64,000 nucleotides of DNA from Eledone cirrhosa (lineage: Eukaryota): positions 22,320,001 to 22,384,000 of the forward strand of contig OZ024756.1 in the NCBI GenBank assembly GCA_964016885.1, written 5' to 3'. The translations under genes and the position numbers were made by a program. Positions 13,531-27,960 of the stretch are shown here, one piece after another (the stretch's first letter is position 1; each line of letters starts with the position of its first letter). A model generated the notes under the pieces. The model was not told where the DNA came from. It did not search any database and saw only the letters and a list, made by a program, of their open reading frames with translations.

Positions 13531-13603
<73 letters not shown>

Positions 13604-13981
13604 TTCCAATGCTAAGTAATGAGATCCCATTACCAGATACACGAGAGCTGAATGACTTCCAAGACGTACTGGAACTCATTCAGAAACGAAAAGAATAAAC
13701 AGAATTCTATGAAGATATACAAGATAGAGTTAACACTGAACATTCAACATCTTGGATCGTAATAGTAAATCCGTTCCAGAATTTTGGTTAAATACGTTAT
13801 CTGCAATAGCTGGAAGCTGGAATAACTTTGGCATTAACGGTAAATCAATACAACTAGCAATTTGTTAACAAAATAGCAAAAATACTTTATTTGCTAAAAG
13901 TCGTAGAACCAAATCACAAGTTTCTTGTACAAAAAATGATAGAATATTTTTCCCATTTCTTAACTTATTTTTCCGGCGTTT

Positions 13982-13982
13982 G

Positions 13983-14054
<72 letters not shown>

Positions 14055-14076
14055 TGTGTGTCTGTGTGTCTGTGTG

Positions 14077-14115
<39 letters not shown>

Positions 14116-14542
14116 ATATATATATATGTGTGTATATATATGTGTGTATATATATATACGTGTATATATATATATGTGTATATATATCTATATATGTGTA
14201 TATATATATATGGGCATATATATATATGTGTATATATATATGTGTGTATATATATATGTGTGTATATATGTATATATATATGTATATATATAAATATGTG
14301 TGTATATATATGTATATATATGTATATATGGATATATATATATGTATATATATATGAATATATATATTAATATATATATGTATATATATATATATACATA
14401 CATACATACATACATACATGCATGCATGCATACATATACATATATATGCATGTGTGTGTATATATATATATGTGTGTATATATATGTGTGTGTATATATA
14501 TATATATGTGTATATATATATATGTGTGTGTATATATATATA

Positions 14543-14635
<93 letters not shown>

Positions 14636-14896
14636 ATATATATATATGTATGTATATATATATATATATGTGGATATATATATATGTATATATATATGGG
14701 TATATATGTGTATATATATGTGTATATATGTGTATATATATATATGTGTATATATATATGTGTATATATATATATATATATGTGTATATATATGTGTATA
14801 TATATATGTGTATATATATATGTATATATATATATATGTATATATATATGTATATATATGTGTATATATATATGTGTATATATATATGTGTATATA

Positions 14897-14944
<48 letters not shown>

Positions 14945-15362
14945 TGTACATATATATATGTATATATATGTGTATATATATATATATGTGTATATATATA
15001 TATGTGTGTATATATATATGTATATATACATATATATATATACACATATATATACACATGTATATATACATATATATATACACACATATATATACACATA
15101 TGTATATATACATATATATATACACACGTATATATACATATATATATATACACACATATGTATATATATATATACACATATATATACACATATGTGTATA
15201 TATATGTATATATTCATATATATGTATATATATTTGTATATATATATGTATATATACATATGTATATAAATGTGTATATATATATAAGTATATATATGTG
15301 TATATATATATGTATATATACATATATATGTATATATATATGTGTATATGTACGTGTACATA
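13982..15362. repeat. Long degenerate (TA/TG/CA)n array
   Basis: Directly visible. Similar arrays at 5960-6830, 16937-17615 and 59313-60640. Confidence 0.95.
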
Positions 15363-15538
15363 CTTATATTTAAGTAACAGCCGTACTAAGAGTGGGAAAT
15401 GAAATTTCGTTTCATTTTTTCCGTTTATCGTTTTCGGTGTACCCGGCCGATTAACCCACTCGATATGCAAATTGGGCTACTCAGCCGTTAATATGCATAA
15501 GGTAAGTATATACGTTCACCAATCTGACAGGAAGGTAT

Positions 15539-15581
15539 ACGTTGCTGACGATAGCTAATAAGCTTGAAACTAGTACAGCGT
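15539..15581 (+). ncRNA. Minimal type I hammerhead ribozyme with palindromic stem III
   Basis: ACGTTG-CTGACGA-T AGCT AATA AGCT T-GAAA-CTAG-TA-CAGCGT. Confidence 0.85.
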
Positions 15582-15780
15582 TCCTTTGTCAGTGTGGAAC
15601 AAACGAGCAACGATGGTTGCTGGACACTACGGCTTAATACGGGATGTTTGTTTACAAACACATCGAGCATTATAATAAATGTTCGGTGAATCCATACGTA
15701 CATATATATGTGTGCATGTATGTATATAAATATACATACTACTGTAAGTCTGTATACATATATGTATGTACGTGTACATA

Positions 15781-15829
<49 letters not shown>

Positions 15830-15832
<3 letters not shown>

Positions 15833-16224
15833 GGAGGTGAGTTTTATTGTAGTACAATAAAGCAATGCAGATATCGGATAAGAAGCACTCTACAGTTTGT
15901 AGGACGAGAGTATACATAATATATAAGATCAAAACATGGTTAAAAGAATTCCATGTATTTTATTATGCCCATTTCAAAAACAAATATCATCATGCAATAA
16001 CATTTGTGTTTTCCTCAAATAAAATAGGAAGACATGATATGGAGGTTAAAAAACACTTGTGATATGTTGATTTAAAACTGCACTATTCACAAGTGTTCTT
16101 TAACCTTCATATCATGTCTTCCTATTTTATCTGATGAAAACACAAATGTTATTGCATGATGATATTTGTTTTTGAAATGCGCATAATAAAATACATGGAA
16201 CTCTTTTAACCATCTTTTGATCTT
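15830..16224 (+). mobile_element. Fold-back PLE-type insertion (family O) in (TA)n
   Basis: ~140-bp imperfect arms 15920-16062 / 16087-16228; ~90-nt tail on the left. Confidence 0.88.
16123..16193 (+). ncRNA. Type I hammerhead ribozyme (family O)
   Basis: TATTTTAT-CTGATGA-AAACACAAATGTTAT..ATGATATTTGTTTTT-GAAA-TGCGCA-TA-ATAAAATA. Confidence 0.88.
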
Positions 16225-16225
16225 A

Positions 16226-16257
<32 letters not shown>

Positions 16258-16266
16258 AGTATATAC

Positions 16267-16327
<61 letters not shown>

Positions 16328-16328
16328 A

Positions 16329-16395
<67 letters not shown>

Positions 16396-16933
16396 AGTAT
16401 ATATATATATACATATATATATAAGTATATATATATATACATATATATATATATAAGTATATATATATATATATAAGTATATATATATATACACATATAT
16501 ATGTGTGTGTGTGTGAGTGTGAGTGTGTGTGTGTGTGTGTCTAAGCTGAACGTCTAAATGTGCATTCATTATTTCCATAACATTTCAATTATACATTTAC
16601 CCAGATATACATATATTTATATTCACACATACACTATATATATATATATACACATACATACATACACACATATAGTAAGGATGATGTATATGAGTATATC
16701 TATGTATTTAATAGCGTGTAATGCGTATAAATGTCCCGCGAGATAAACTTTTACTAAAACATCTTTATTTACTTGCTTAATTCATACTTAACGTCTATTC
16801 TTCCAGTTTAGTTAATCCATGTAGACAGAATTCAAGACAACGGCCTGTTGCTGGGTGGCTATAGCACTATCAGTGATAACCCACTTTACTGAGATAGACT
16901 CACATTATACTTGCTAGGTCTATATGTATCTAC

Positions 16934-16983
<50 letters not shown>

Positions 16984-17439
16984 TGTGTGTGTGTATGTGT
17001 GTGTGTGTGTGTGTGTGTATGTGTGTGTGTGTGTGTGTGTTTATGTGTCTGTGTTTATGTATCTGTGTTTATATGTGTGTGTGTGTGTTTATATGTGTGT
17101 GTGTGTTTATATGTGTGTGCGTGTTTATATGTGTGTGCGTTTGTTTATGTGTGTGTGTTTATATGTGTGTGTGCGTGTGTGTGTGTTTATATGTGTGTGT
17201 GTGTTTATATGTGTGTGCGTGTTTATATGTGTGTGCGTGTGTTTATGTGTGTGTGTTTATATGTGTGTGTTTATGTGTGTGTGTTTATATGTGTGTGTGT
17301 GTGTGTTTATATGTGTGTGTTTATGTGTCTGTGTTTATGTATCTGTGTTTATATGTGTGTGTGTGTGTTTATATGTGTGTGTGTGTTTATATGTGTGTGC
17401 GTGTTTATATGTGTGTGCGTTTGTTTATGTGTGTGTGTT

Positions 17440-17479
<40 letters not shown>

Positions 17480-17480
17480 C

Positions 17481-17570
<90 letters not shown>

Positions 17571-19579
17571 CTGTCTGTGCGTATCTGTGCGTGTCTGTGT
17601 GCGTGTGCGCGTGTATGCAATAATTTTAATTGCGAAGGCTAGATGTAAATATTTGGAATTCATTTTATTCATAGTCTGCCCTCATATATATTTCTTTGGA
17701 GTTAATAATTGCGTTATGCAAACATCATGCAACCACCAACACGATTTCATCATCAAACAACACCTTAAGCAAAAAGCTTGTTATGTAACATTTTTAATGG
17801 AAAACAGGGCATCGACAAATGGGCGGAAGGTGGAGGATGGACGAATTCAATGTTTGTCCTTTGCGAGTCATTACCTCTCAGTCATTCCCTCTTTCGAAGG
17901 TGAAACATTAATTTTGATTTTCCTATTAGCTAGAAGATATGCAGCTCGCCCAACCAGCATACTTGTAGATTTCTACCCTAACTGCAGCAGTTGTGCCAAC
18001 CCACTGTCAAAATAATAGCCGATCATCTGGGAAGCCACTGGTGATTAACGGCGTCAGGGTTATCTAATTAAACTGAGGGTCGTCGTTTGAACTATTCCTT
18101 TCTATGAGACAAGCAAGAATATAATCGAAGCTTATACAAAACTTAGATCCGATCTGCCCTGCTAGAGTATCCTGACAACCATATCAGAGGCACCTATTAT
18201 AGGATGTGGCTCTTCACCATGCAGGTCGGCTCTTCGAACTGAGAGTCACTAGGTTCTCAGCTTGAATGAGCATATATTGCGCGTCATCAGTTCACTGTAA
18301 AGTATGCTGAACAGAGCGTGGGTCACACCCGAACCCAGAAACGCACACTCCTGCACAACACTCGAACTCACAAACACACACTGCCACACAACATACCTCA
18401 CAACCATACAACACCCGAACCCACAATCGTACACAACCACACAAGCGTACTTATGCGGCGGCACTAAATCACGCACTCAAACACACACAACCTATGAAAT
18501 CTCGACAAGTATACCAAACACTATAACACAATGTCCTGCTCCAACACAAGCATACACCAGTTGCGGTACTAAATAACATCCTCGAAACACATAACCACAC
18601 AAGTATTCCAATATTATGGCACAACATCTGCCGCACAATCATATATAAACATACGTACTCGTAAACAATCTCTCTCTACCTAGCTCTTTTTCTCTCACTC
18701 TTTCTCCCCCAAATGCACACACACATACTCTGGCACAAACAGAAACAATAAGCATTCCACCATTGGCACACATCTCTTGCTCCCGCACAAACATACACAT
18801 TCACGCACAATCTCTCTCTCTCCCTCGAAAGCACAATATTTACATAGATACATACACTGGCACACACAGAATCACGAAGTATTCCACTACTGTGGCACAT
18901 ATCACTCGCTCCCGCACAAACATAATCACACACTCGGGAACACAATCTCTCTCTCTGCCTTTCTCTCTCTCTCGATCTTCCCCTCTCCCTCCCTGCCTTT
19001 CTCTCGTTTACTCCCCCTCCCTGCCTTTCTCTCACTCGCTCCCCCCCCCCCTCTCCCTATCTCTCTCGCTCTTCCTTTGCGCCTCTCGCGCTCTGCATTT
19101 CTCTCTCTCTCTCTCTCACTCCCCCGCCCCCTGCTTTTCTCTCTCTAGCACTCCCCTCTGCCTTTCTATCTCGCACCCCCCCTCCACTGCCTTTCTCTCT
19201 CGCTCTCCCCCGCTCTACATTTCTCTCTCACTCCCCCTGCCTTTCTCTCTCTCACCCCCCCACTTTTCTCGCTCTCAAAGACACACATATATACATACAC
19301 ACTGTCACACAGAGAAAACACTGAGATAAACGCACAGACGCAGAGAGATAGTGAGATAATCCAAATACTGTTCTCTAATTAAGAACTGTCCACTTGCTAT
19401 GAAACCTAATAGTTCGTCCTTCAGTTATATTTAATCTGCTCTTTCAATTTAAGATGGTCCATTTGAAAACTGATTATGCTAATCAGCAATTCAGCCCAGT
19501 AATTATACGTTGACACATATCTACAAAACTAACCCTGCTAACACCTCGTCGGTATAGTCATAGAAATCGTCATCACATT

Positions 19580-20800
19580 CACCACCATCATCATCATCAT
19601 CAACAACAGCAAAATTATCAAATCACCACCAGCAGCAATATATGCTCATTCAACAACAACAGCGGCAACATTATCAAATTATCAGGGCGGTGGATTGGCA
19701 GTATCGGTAGAGGGTCGGACACCATGCTTTCCAGCATAGTTACGTCCCTTTACGATCTGAGTGCAAATCCCGCCGAGGTTGACTTTGCTTTTCATCCTTA
19801 CGGGGTCGATAAAATAAAGTACCAGTAATGTACTGGGTATTTGCTGGCCTTGTGCCTAAAGTAGAAACAATTATCAAATTATCATCACCAGCCACACTCA
19901 GCTACACTATCATCAGAGCCTGCACTAACACAAGAGCAGCAAACTATGCAAGTCATCATCAGCACCAACAACAACAGCAAACTTGTCAAGCTATCATCAT
20001 CAGCAGCACCAACAACAGCAGCAAACGTCAACGGCGGCGGCGGCGGCGACGATAACAACAACAACAGCAGCAAAATTATCAAATTATCAGCAGCAACAAC
20101 ACCATCAACATCATCAGAAGCTGCACCATCAACAGCAGCAAAATTATCAAATTAGCAGCCGCAGCCTTATCAAAAGCCGCAGCACCAACAACAGCAGCAG
20201 AAAAGTTATCAAAACAGCAGCACCATCATCAACACCAACAACAGCAGCAAAATGATCAAATCGCCGCCGCCGCCACCACCACCGCCACCACCAGCAGCAG
20301 CATTATCAAATCGCCACCACCACCATCATCAACACCACCACCACCACCAACAGCAGCATCATTATCAAATCGCCACCACCACCATCATCACCACCACCAC
20401 CTCCAACAGCAGCATCATTATCAAATCGCCACCACCACCATCAACACCACCACCACCATCACCACCACCACCAACAGCAGCAACATTATCAAATCGTCAC
20501 CACCACCATCATCAACACCAACAACAGCAGCAACATTATCAAATCGCTACCACCACCATCATCAACACCAACAACAGCAGCAACATTATCAAATCGCCAC
20601 CACCACCACCATCATCAACACTACCACCACCAGCAACGTTATAAATACGTCACCACCACCACCACCATCAACACCACCACCAACAACAACAGCAGCAACA
20701 TTATCAAATCGCCACCACCACCACCACCACCACCACCATCATCAACACCAACAATAGCAGCAAAATTATCAAATCATCATCGCCAAAATAACGATCGTAA
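19580..20800. repeat. Compound minisatellite: CAGCAGCAACATTATCAAATCG anchor plus variable (CAC/CAA/CAT)n
   Basis: The ATTATCAAA anchor recurs more than 15 times. Confidence 0.85.
19686..19874 (+). mobile_element. Full-length tRNA-derived SINE
   Basis: GGCGGTGGATTGGCAGTATCGG head, B box, core and AAAGTAGAAACAATTAT tail. Confidence 0.9.
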
Positions 20801-21020
20801 ACTGTGCAACTTCCATCATCAACATCATCAATATCAGCATCTCTACAATCACCGCCGTCAATATCAGCAGCATTCCCATGAGTGCCAACGTTATCTTAAC
20901 TGTCTTTATCATCATCATCATCAACATAACTACGAACACCACCCAGCACTACCTCAATCACTAGAACTAACTACCATAACTCATAACTACTAGCATCACC
21001 ATTATTATTTTTATTATATT

Positions 21021-21422
21021 GAGCGGTGGATTGGCAGTATCGGTAGAGAGTCGGACGCCATGCTTTGACGCATAGAGTTACGGCCCTTGCTATTCTTTGT
21101 TCAAATCCCGCCGAGGTTAACTTTGCCTTTCATCCTTACGGGGTCGATAAAATAAAGTACCAGTAATACACTGGATAATTTTCCGGCCATGTGCCTAAAG
21201 TAGAAACAATTATTATTTTTATTATATTGGGCAGTGGATTGGCAGTATCGGTAGAGGGTCGGACACCATTCTTTGACGCATAGAGTTACGGCCCTTGCCC
21301 TTCTGAGTTCAAATCTCGCCGGGGTTAACTTTGCCTTTCATCCTTACGGGGTCGATAAAATAAAGTACCAGTAATGTACTGGGTATTTGCTGGCCTTGTG
21401 CCAAAAGTAGAAACAATTATTA
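21021..21422 (+). mobile_element. Two tandem full-length SINEs (21021-21216, 21229-21422)
   Basis: Both complete, and each is preceded by the same ATTATTATTTTTATTATATTG. Confidence 0.9.
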
Positions 21423-21905
21423 GCAATAGAAGTAGTGGTATGTTCATTATCACTAGGAGTAGAACCAATTATTATTGTTATTAGCAATACTAGTAGCAGT
21501 AGTAGTAGTAATAGTGGTAGTAGTAGTAGTAGTAGTATCCCCATATTCATCTTCATTATCATTATCAGCAGCGACGTTATCAACAGTCGAAAACTACCTA
21601 ATCAATAATGTATAGAATTTCTAACTTCAAACATCACATTTTGTTTCTAAGTGTTAAATGAATGAACCACATTATGACAGAAAATATTTAATCTAGACTA
21701 CTCGTACTTAATTAATAGTTTCACGTCAGAATCCGCAGGACAGACACACTGTTCGTACACCACACTTATGTAACACGTTAAAACCAAAGACACACCTAAC
21801 ATTAAACAAACGTCTACTTCTACAGACCAGCTTTACTTATTAATTTCAAGTTAGGCGACTACAAAACCAACCTTAACTTTCATAAGTACTTAGACACCGA
21901 CTAAT

Positions 21906-22079
21906 TAATTGTTTCTACTTTAGGCACAAGGCCAGCAATTACCCAGTACATTACAGGTACTTTATTTTATCGACCCCGTAAGGATGAAAGGCAAAGTTAA
22001 CCTAGGTGGGATTTGAACTCAGACTGTAAAGGGACGTAACTATGCTAGAAAGCATGGCGTCCAACCCTCTACCGATACT
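21906..22079 (-). mobile_element. SINE
   Basis: Reverse complement of the SINE consensus. Confidence 0.9.
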
Positions 22080-22965
22080 CAGCAATTTAAACCTCTACCT
22101 CACCGCTCTTGGATGAAAGAAAACACCCGAAACTTTAAAGACTTTATTCCTCGCGGGGACTGGATTTAAACTAAGACCTCTCTTCACACAACTTACACAT
22201 GACCGGCCACGTATATACTCCTGCTTTCCAACGCCCAACTATTACTTTCAGATTTACATTACCATTTATCGATTTAATGTACGTAATTATGAATATTCTT
22301 CCACAGAAGTTATCGAATTGGCAGCAGGGGCGGATTTATGGAGGTGCATTGGGGGCGAGTGCCCTGAGCATCACTTCCAAAACAGAGTCCATCTAAAAGA
22401 GCCCTAAAACCCCCAAATATGATCCTGATGGACAGGGTTTTTATTTTGTCGAAAAATTGCTTTGCTGGAGTGCTTCAAGTCATTGACCTCTGATTTCAAG
22501 TCCTGTTGTGTTCAATCATTCCATTCAGTTCAGAATCGATAAATAAATTGTCAGAAAATGGACAATGGACAATGGACTGATAGAAGTGTTAAAGTCCCAG
22601 ATATGATGCCGTACGGTATATGTTCCGGTTTTGTAGGCTTTGAGATTAAATCCAGCCATCTGTCCCCGGAAGAAGATGTGATAGTTATGACAGAATTTGT
22701 GATCAACAGCCCCCAAAACATAAATGTATTCCTAGTTTCCCCAATTTCGATCTTGACGGCCTTCTTTCTAAATGCTGAAGAAGTATTAACTAGCATATAG
22801 CAATAAATACTAGGTCATCCTGTTTCTATAATTTGTTGAACACACATATCATCCAATGGCGTAGAATGTCTTATTGGAATTCTTTTTACATTGTGTGCTC
22901 TGTCCAAGCAAGGACACGATTGTTATCGTACATCGGGAGGTGATAAAATAAGTAACCGTTAAGTA

Positions 22966-23270
22966 CGGAAAATCCTTGGGATTAGGTCGGATGACTTCAT
23001 CACCAATAAAGAACACCAATAAAGAAGTCCGTCAACGAACTCCCCAACAACTAATGTCTAATATCATGTGAAAATGTCGACTTGGATGGTTGGGAAACGT
23101 CATACGACTCCCAACCTAGAGACAAGCTGACCAGGTCCTGTATTGATACCCCAGTGGAAAGAAGCGAAGCGGACGTTCCAAGAGGAATTGGCGGCAGACA
23201 ATCGACAAAGACCTGAAACCCGTCAACAAAAGTTGTAAGTATGTATCGATAGATGCATCTGACCACGGTC
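22966..23270 (+). mobile_element. Decayed RTE-clade LINE 3' end
   Basis: RKILGIRSDDFITNKE..VRQRT..CRLGWLGNVIRLP..SGKKRSGRSKRNWRQTIDKDLK, with stops. Confidence 0.7.
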
Positions 23271-23647
23271 ATTGAAGCAGTTTAGCTGTCTTATGTATCT
23301 CAAGACGTGGTAGCTTCTAAGTCTAAGTAAGTTATATATGTTCAATATGGTCAGTTGATGTCCTTCCTTCTAAATGTTGAAGGAATAGTGACTATCACAT
23401 AGCAAAATATATAAACTCAACCTGTTTCTATCACTTGGTGAATCTCACACCATGCAATGATGTATAGTATCTTATTAAAACACTCGTTACGTTGTGTTTT
23501 TTTTATCCAGACAAGGCCAAGATTCTCATCGTAAGCTGAGGACGATAAAATATGCAACAGTCAGGTATTGAAATAACTATCATTAACCACACTCTTTTCC
23601 TAAAACCTACGTACGTGTGTCTATGTTAGGAACCATAGTTATTATCA

Positions 23648-23833
23648 GGATTGGCAGTATAGGTAGAGGGTCGGACGCCATGGTTTGCAGCATAGTTACG
23701 TCCCTTTACGATTTGAGTTCAAATCCCGCCGAGGTTGACTTTGCCTTTCATCCTTACGGGGTCGATAAAATAAAGTACCAGTAATGCACTGGGTAATTGC
23801 TGGCCTTGTGCCTAAAGTAGAAACAATTATTAT
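23648..23833 (+). mobile_element. SINE
   Basis: Matches the SINE consensus. Confidence 0.9.
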
Positions 23834-24197
23834 CATGCTTGTGGTATCTTAAATTAAAAACTTGTCCAGGACGGCAGATTAGTAGAATCGTCTGAGAGAG
23901 GATTTTCTTGATTTTGATAATTGATTTCGATATTCTTGTCAAACTGGACCAGTATATTCAGGATGAGTGTGGAGATGTTTTCTGATGTAAACCTTTTGGC
24001 ACATATTTATGCAACGTCTTATAGTTTTCAGGTGGATGTATCGGCACATTGCCTAGTAGAAATAGCAATATGATGCGATGATATTTGTGGATATACTCGG
24101 ACTGTTCAAGGATGAGACAAACAGAAATGATATAGTTTGACCAGTCGACTCATTGTACTGATTGTCTGGTCTACATATCATATTAGTATTTTTTTTC

Positions 24198-24229
<32 letters not shown>

Positions 24230-26289
24230 TAGAGTTATTTGTGGTTAGCCGTCTTGGCAGCTTAAAAGAAATCTTCTGCTTCTGCTTCTGCTTTTATTCC
24301 AGAGGTTTTGAGTTATTGTTGGCTTCCAAACTGGCTAATTTCCACTTTGTCGATTCTCCTAAAGGTATTGACTAAAGAGTAGTTTTTCTTTCCTTTCTCA
24401 TTTAATAATTTAATATAGTTTGTAATTATTTGACGCTTTGTTTAGTATTTTTATTAAGTTTTGTTATTTAACGTTTCCAGAGATGAGGATGGGTGTTCTT
24501 TGTCTTTCCTTAATATCGTTATCCTATTGTTTTAAGTTCATTGTTTTCTTCTATATGGTTATATTTATTTTGTATTCTTTCTGTTCCATTATTACATTTA
24601 TCAATTTCTTTTTTATTGCTCCTTCGTATTTCTCTAGTCCCAGTGTTGTTACTTTGCAGTAGTTCTATATTTGTAAGTGATTCCATTATCTCACTATGTG
24701 ATAGGCATATTTTATCTACATCAGATTTTCGATGGTAGTTTCCGAAAGCAGTTAGTACTTTTTTAGATTTTATTTCTGTCTAAACTTTTCAATTTACTTC
24801 GTATTTATTAAGTTAATGTTCTACTTTATTATTATAGTGTCTACTTGAACTATTTTCACTGCCATGCCACACACACTATGTTCCAATGTCAATGTTCTTT
24901 GACATACTCCAATCAGAAGGGATTTAGGTGAATATCAAAGGAAAGACATATTCCTTCCAGTCTCTAATTATTCATCCAAATCCAATCCAGCGCCTTTTCA
25001 GGCTTGTGGAAAGAACCCACCCTCGTTGACTTCCACCGTTTTCTGATTGGATTTGGTCATGTAGCTCTATTCAGCATGCTTGCCAATTGCAAGTTGGGTT
25101 TTATATATACCGCGAAAGAATATACCTACCCCAAGTAGCATACTGTCAGTGGGTATATAAGAATTCTTTGAAACAAGCAAGGGAAATCTCGAGAATGTAG
25201 CAGAAATGGAAAAGGGAAGAAAACTAATAGATATCAACAAAGAAAACAAGTACAACATAGAACTTAAATAAACACACCAAAAACATTACTATACGAACAA
25301 CACAACAGAAGAAATGGTTTGAAAAGATCCAGAAGACAAAATCCAAACAGATTTCCAATTTATCCTGAAGATATAATGGAGGGACTATACCGGCGTTGCT
25401 AATACTCGCAAGAGTTGAAGAGGAACTAAACCAGGTGAACATCGACAATACATCAAAAGTTCTGAGCCAAAAGTATGAACCGACGTCTGGTTTTCGCTTA
25501 ACTCCACCGACTTAGATTTACACAAATATATATAGATTAAACAATGAAAAATTATGATAATGTCAGTTAAAACCTCCACACCAGTATAGAAATAGGGTCA
25601 ACTATATCATTTTGGCTGCAAAGGACATGATAAGTGTTATCGTATTCACAGGCATAATAGGATTTAAGGCACTGTGGTCGATTCAATCAACTTGTCTCCC
25701 AAAATCTTTAGCGTTGTACCTATATCAGAAACCATTATGATCATACAGTATTCTTATTTGTATTGTGTGGTTTCACTATACAACTGAGTGCAGTTTTATG
25801 TACCTTAGATGTAAACAGTATCTTGTTTTTCATTTGGTTTCTATTGTATTGAAGTATTCTACATAATATATGTGCCCTGCCTAGTAGTTGTGTATGTTTG
25901 GGGTAATGTAGTCTGTATGTTATTTTTATCGTATTCAAAACATATATTATTAAAGTCATTGTTTCTGTATTCCATTTCCCTCCCACATGCAGGTCATCTC
26001 TTATAATAAAGTATTAATCACTATCATCATCTTTTTTCATAATTACTATTAGTTTTATTTTCCTTGCGTGCCGTTATTACATTACTGAACACAGTACTGT
26101 AAAGCCTTGGGTATCAGCATTGTAGTTTGTGATATTTTCTCTATTGTTTTACCAAATATAATTCGCTATGTGTGTGCAGTTCTCAGTTGTGATTATTTTC
26201 TGTATGTTGTATATATTTTCAAGCTCAGGTGTCTTAGTTATGTATCTCTCGGTCTATCTGTATGTCTGTTGCTGCTATTATTGTTGTAG

Positions 26290-26340
<51 letters not shown>

Positions 26341-26601
26341 TATTTGATTTCACTTTATATGCAATGTCTATCAAGTGTCAGCCAGATACCTAGATCAGGC
26401 AGAGATGTTTTTGACAGTTTTCGATAGCTTTTTTTGTTATTTTCTATATTTTTCCGTTCTTACATTCACTTAATCACACCACAAATGTTGATAGCTAAAT
26501 AAGTTTACTACTACTACTACTACTATTATTATTTAAGTATGCGTGTTGAAGATTCAATAGAGCAAAGAGTCAATAAATTGGTAGTTATTTGTAGTTACAG
26601 A

Positions 26602-27315
26602 GTCGAACAATAAAGTACCAGTAATGCACTGGAATAATTGCTGGCCTTGTGCCAATAGTAGAAACAATTATCGGTAGGGGGTCGGACGCCATACTTTGAC
26701 GCATAGAGGTTACGACCCTTGCCATTCTGAGTTCAAATCCCGCCGAGGTTAACTTTCGGGGTCGATAAAATAAAGTACCAGTAATGCACTGGATAATTGC
26801 TGGCTTTGTGCCAGAAGTAGAAACAATTATTATCATTGTGGATTGGCTGTATCAGAAGAGGGTCGGACGCCATGCTTTGCAGCAAAGAGTTACGGCCCTT
26901 TATGGTCTGAGTTCAAATCCCAACGAGGTTAACTTTGCCTTTCATCCTTACGGGGTTGATAAAATAAAGTAGCAGTAATAAACTGGGATAATTGCTGGCC
27001 TTGTTCCACAAGTATAAACAATTATTGTTATTAGGGAGTTCGATAAAATAAAGTACCAGTAATGTACTGGATAATTGCTGGCCTAGAGCCAAAAGTAGAA
27101 ACAATTTTATTAGAGGGGTAGAATGGAAGAACCCTAGAGCAAATCCCGAGCAATGCCAGGCCATTCTGTTAGTCATTTTCACTACTTGTCTTTAATAATT
27201 GTTTCTACTTGAGGCACAAGACCAGCAATTACCCAGTGCAAAGTACCAGTAATGCACTGAGGAATTGCTGGCCTTGTGCCTAAAGTAGAAACAATTATTA
27301 AAGACAAGTAGTGAA
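26602..27315 (+). mobile_element. Cluster of chained SINE copies and 3' fragments, ending in a SINE-tail palindrome
   Basis: At least five repeats of AAAGTACCAGTAATGCACTGG..CTGGCCTTGTGCC..GTAGAAACAATTAT. Confidence 0.85.
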
Positions 27316-27636
27316 CGGTAAAGCAACGCCATTGACATAAGAACACATCAGATGCTATTAAATAAAGCGAATTTATCGATAATTGTAACCTTCGAAATCT
27401 TGTTAGTGGTGCTGCGTGGATGATAAAACTTCTAAACCGATAAGAGACGTATGCACTTGGAAACGTTTTCGTAATGATATAAACAGGATTTTAAGTGTTC
27501 CAAATTATAGAGCAAATATTTAATCTTGATCATGTCGATGTAGCACGAATTTGTTTAAGTTTTTTTTTAAATCTTAAATGTGTGCCTATAATCACCATCA
27601 CCATGTTCATAATGATGATGATGATTATGAACGTGA

Positions 27637-27960
27637 TTATTTTTTTTTCTCCATCCATCTCACTAAATGCTGTACAACTTTGTTATCACCTTCACGTTCA
27701 ATTCTTTTTCTTGCTTCTTTCTCGCCCGGTCTTCCTCTTTTCCCAGACGTATTTAAACCAGATGAGCTGTCATCTTTCTTATAAATCACATGTCCATACC
27801 AGCGTAGTCGTTTGTCTTGCAACTGCATCTGTTTGTTGTTCTACCAAATTTTTCTTTCAGGTTATTAACGTTGCATATTTAATGCTCATCTCATTTCTTT
27901 CAAATCTTTGTACCTTCTCCGCATTCTATACAGCAACAGAACAATTCAATCATGCAGCAT
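27637..27960 (-). mobile_element. Decayed RTE-clade LINE 3' end
   Basis: LQDKRLRWYGHVI...GKRGRPG motif. Confidence 0.7.

Noticed and set aside
19686-19790. tRNA gene-like A and B boxes
   Set aside because: They are SINE heads in many dispersed copies and do not form a full cloverleaf.
22324-22900. CAGGGGCGGATTT hAT-like terminus and short ORFs
   Set aside because: No partner TIR or transposase motif identified.
24300-25560. Strand-biased A-rich stretches resembling decayed LINE ORFs (also 13602-13760)
   Set aside because: No diagnostic motif could be read.
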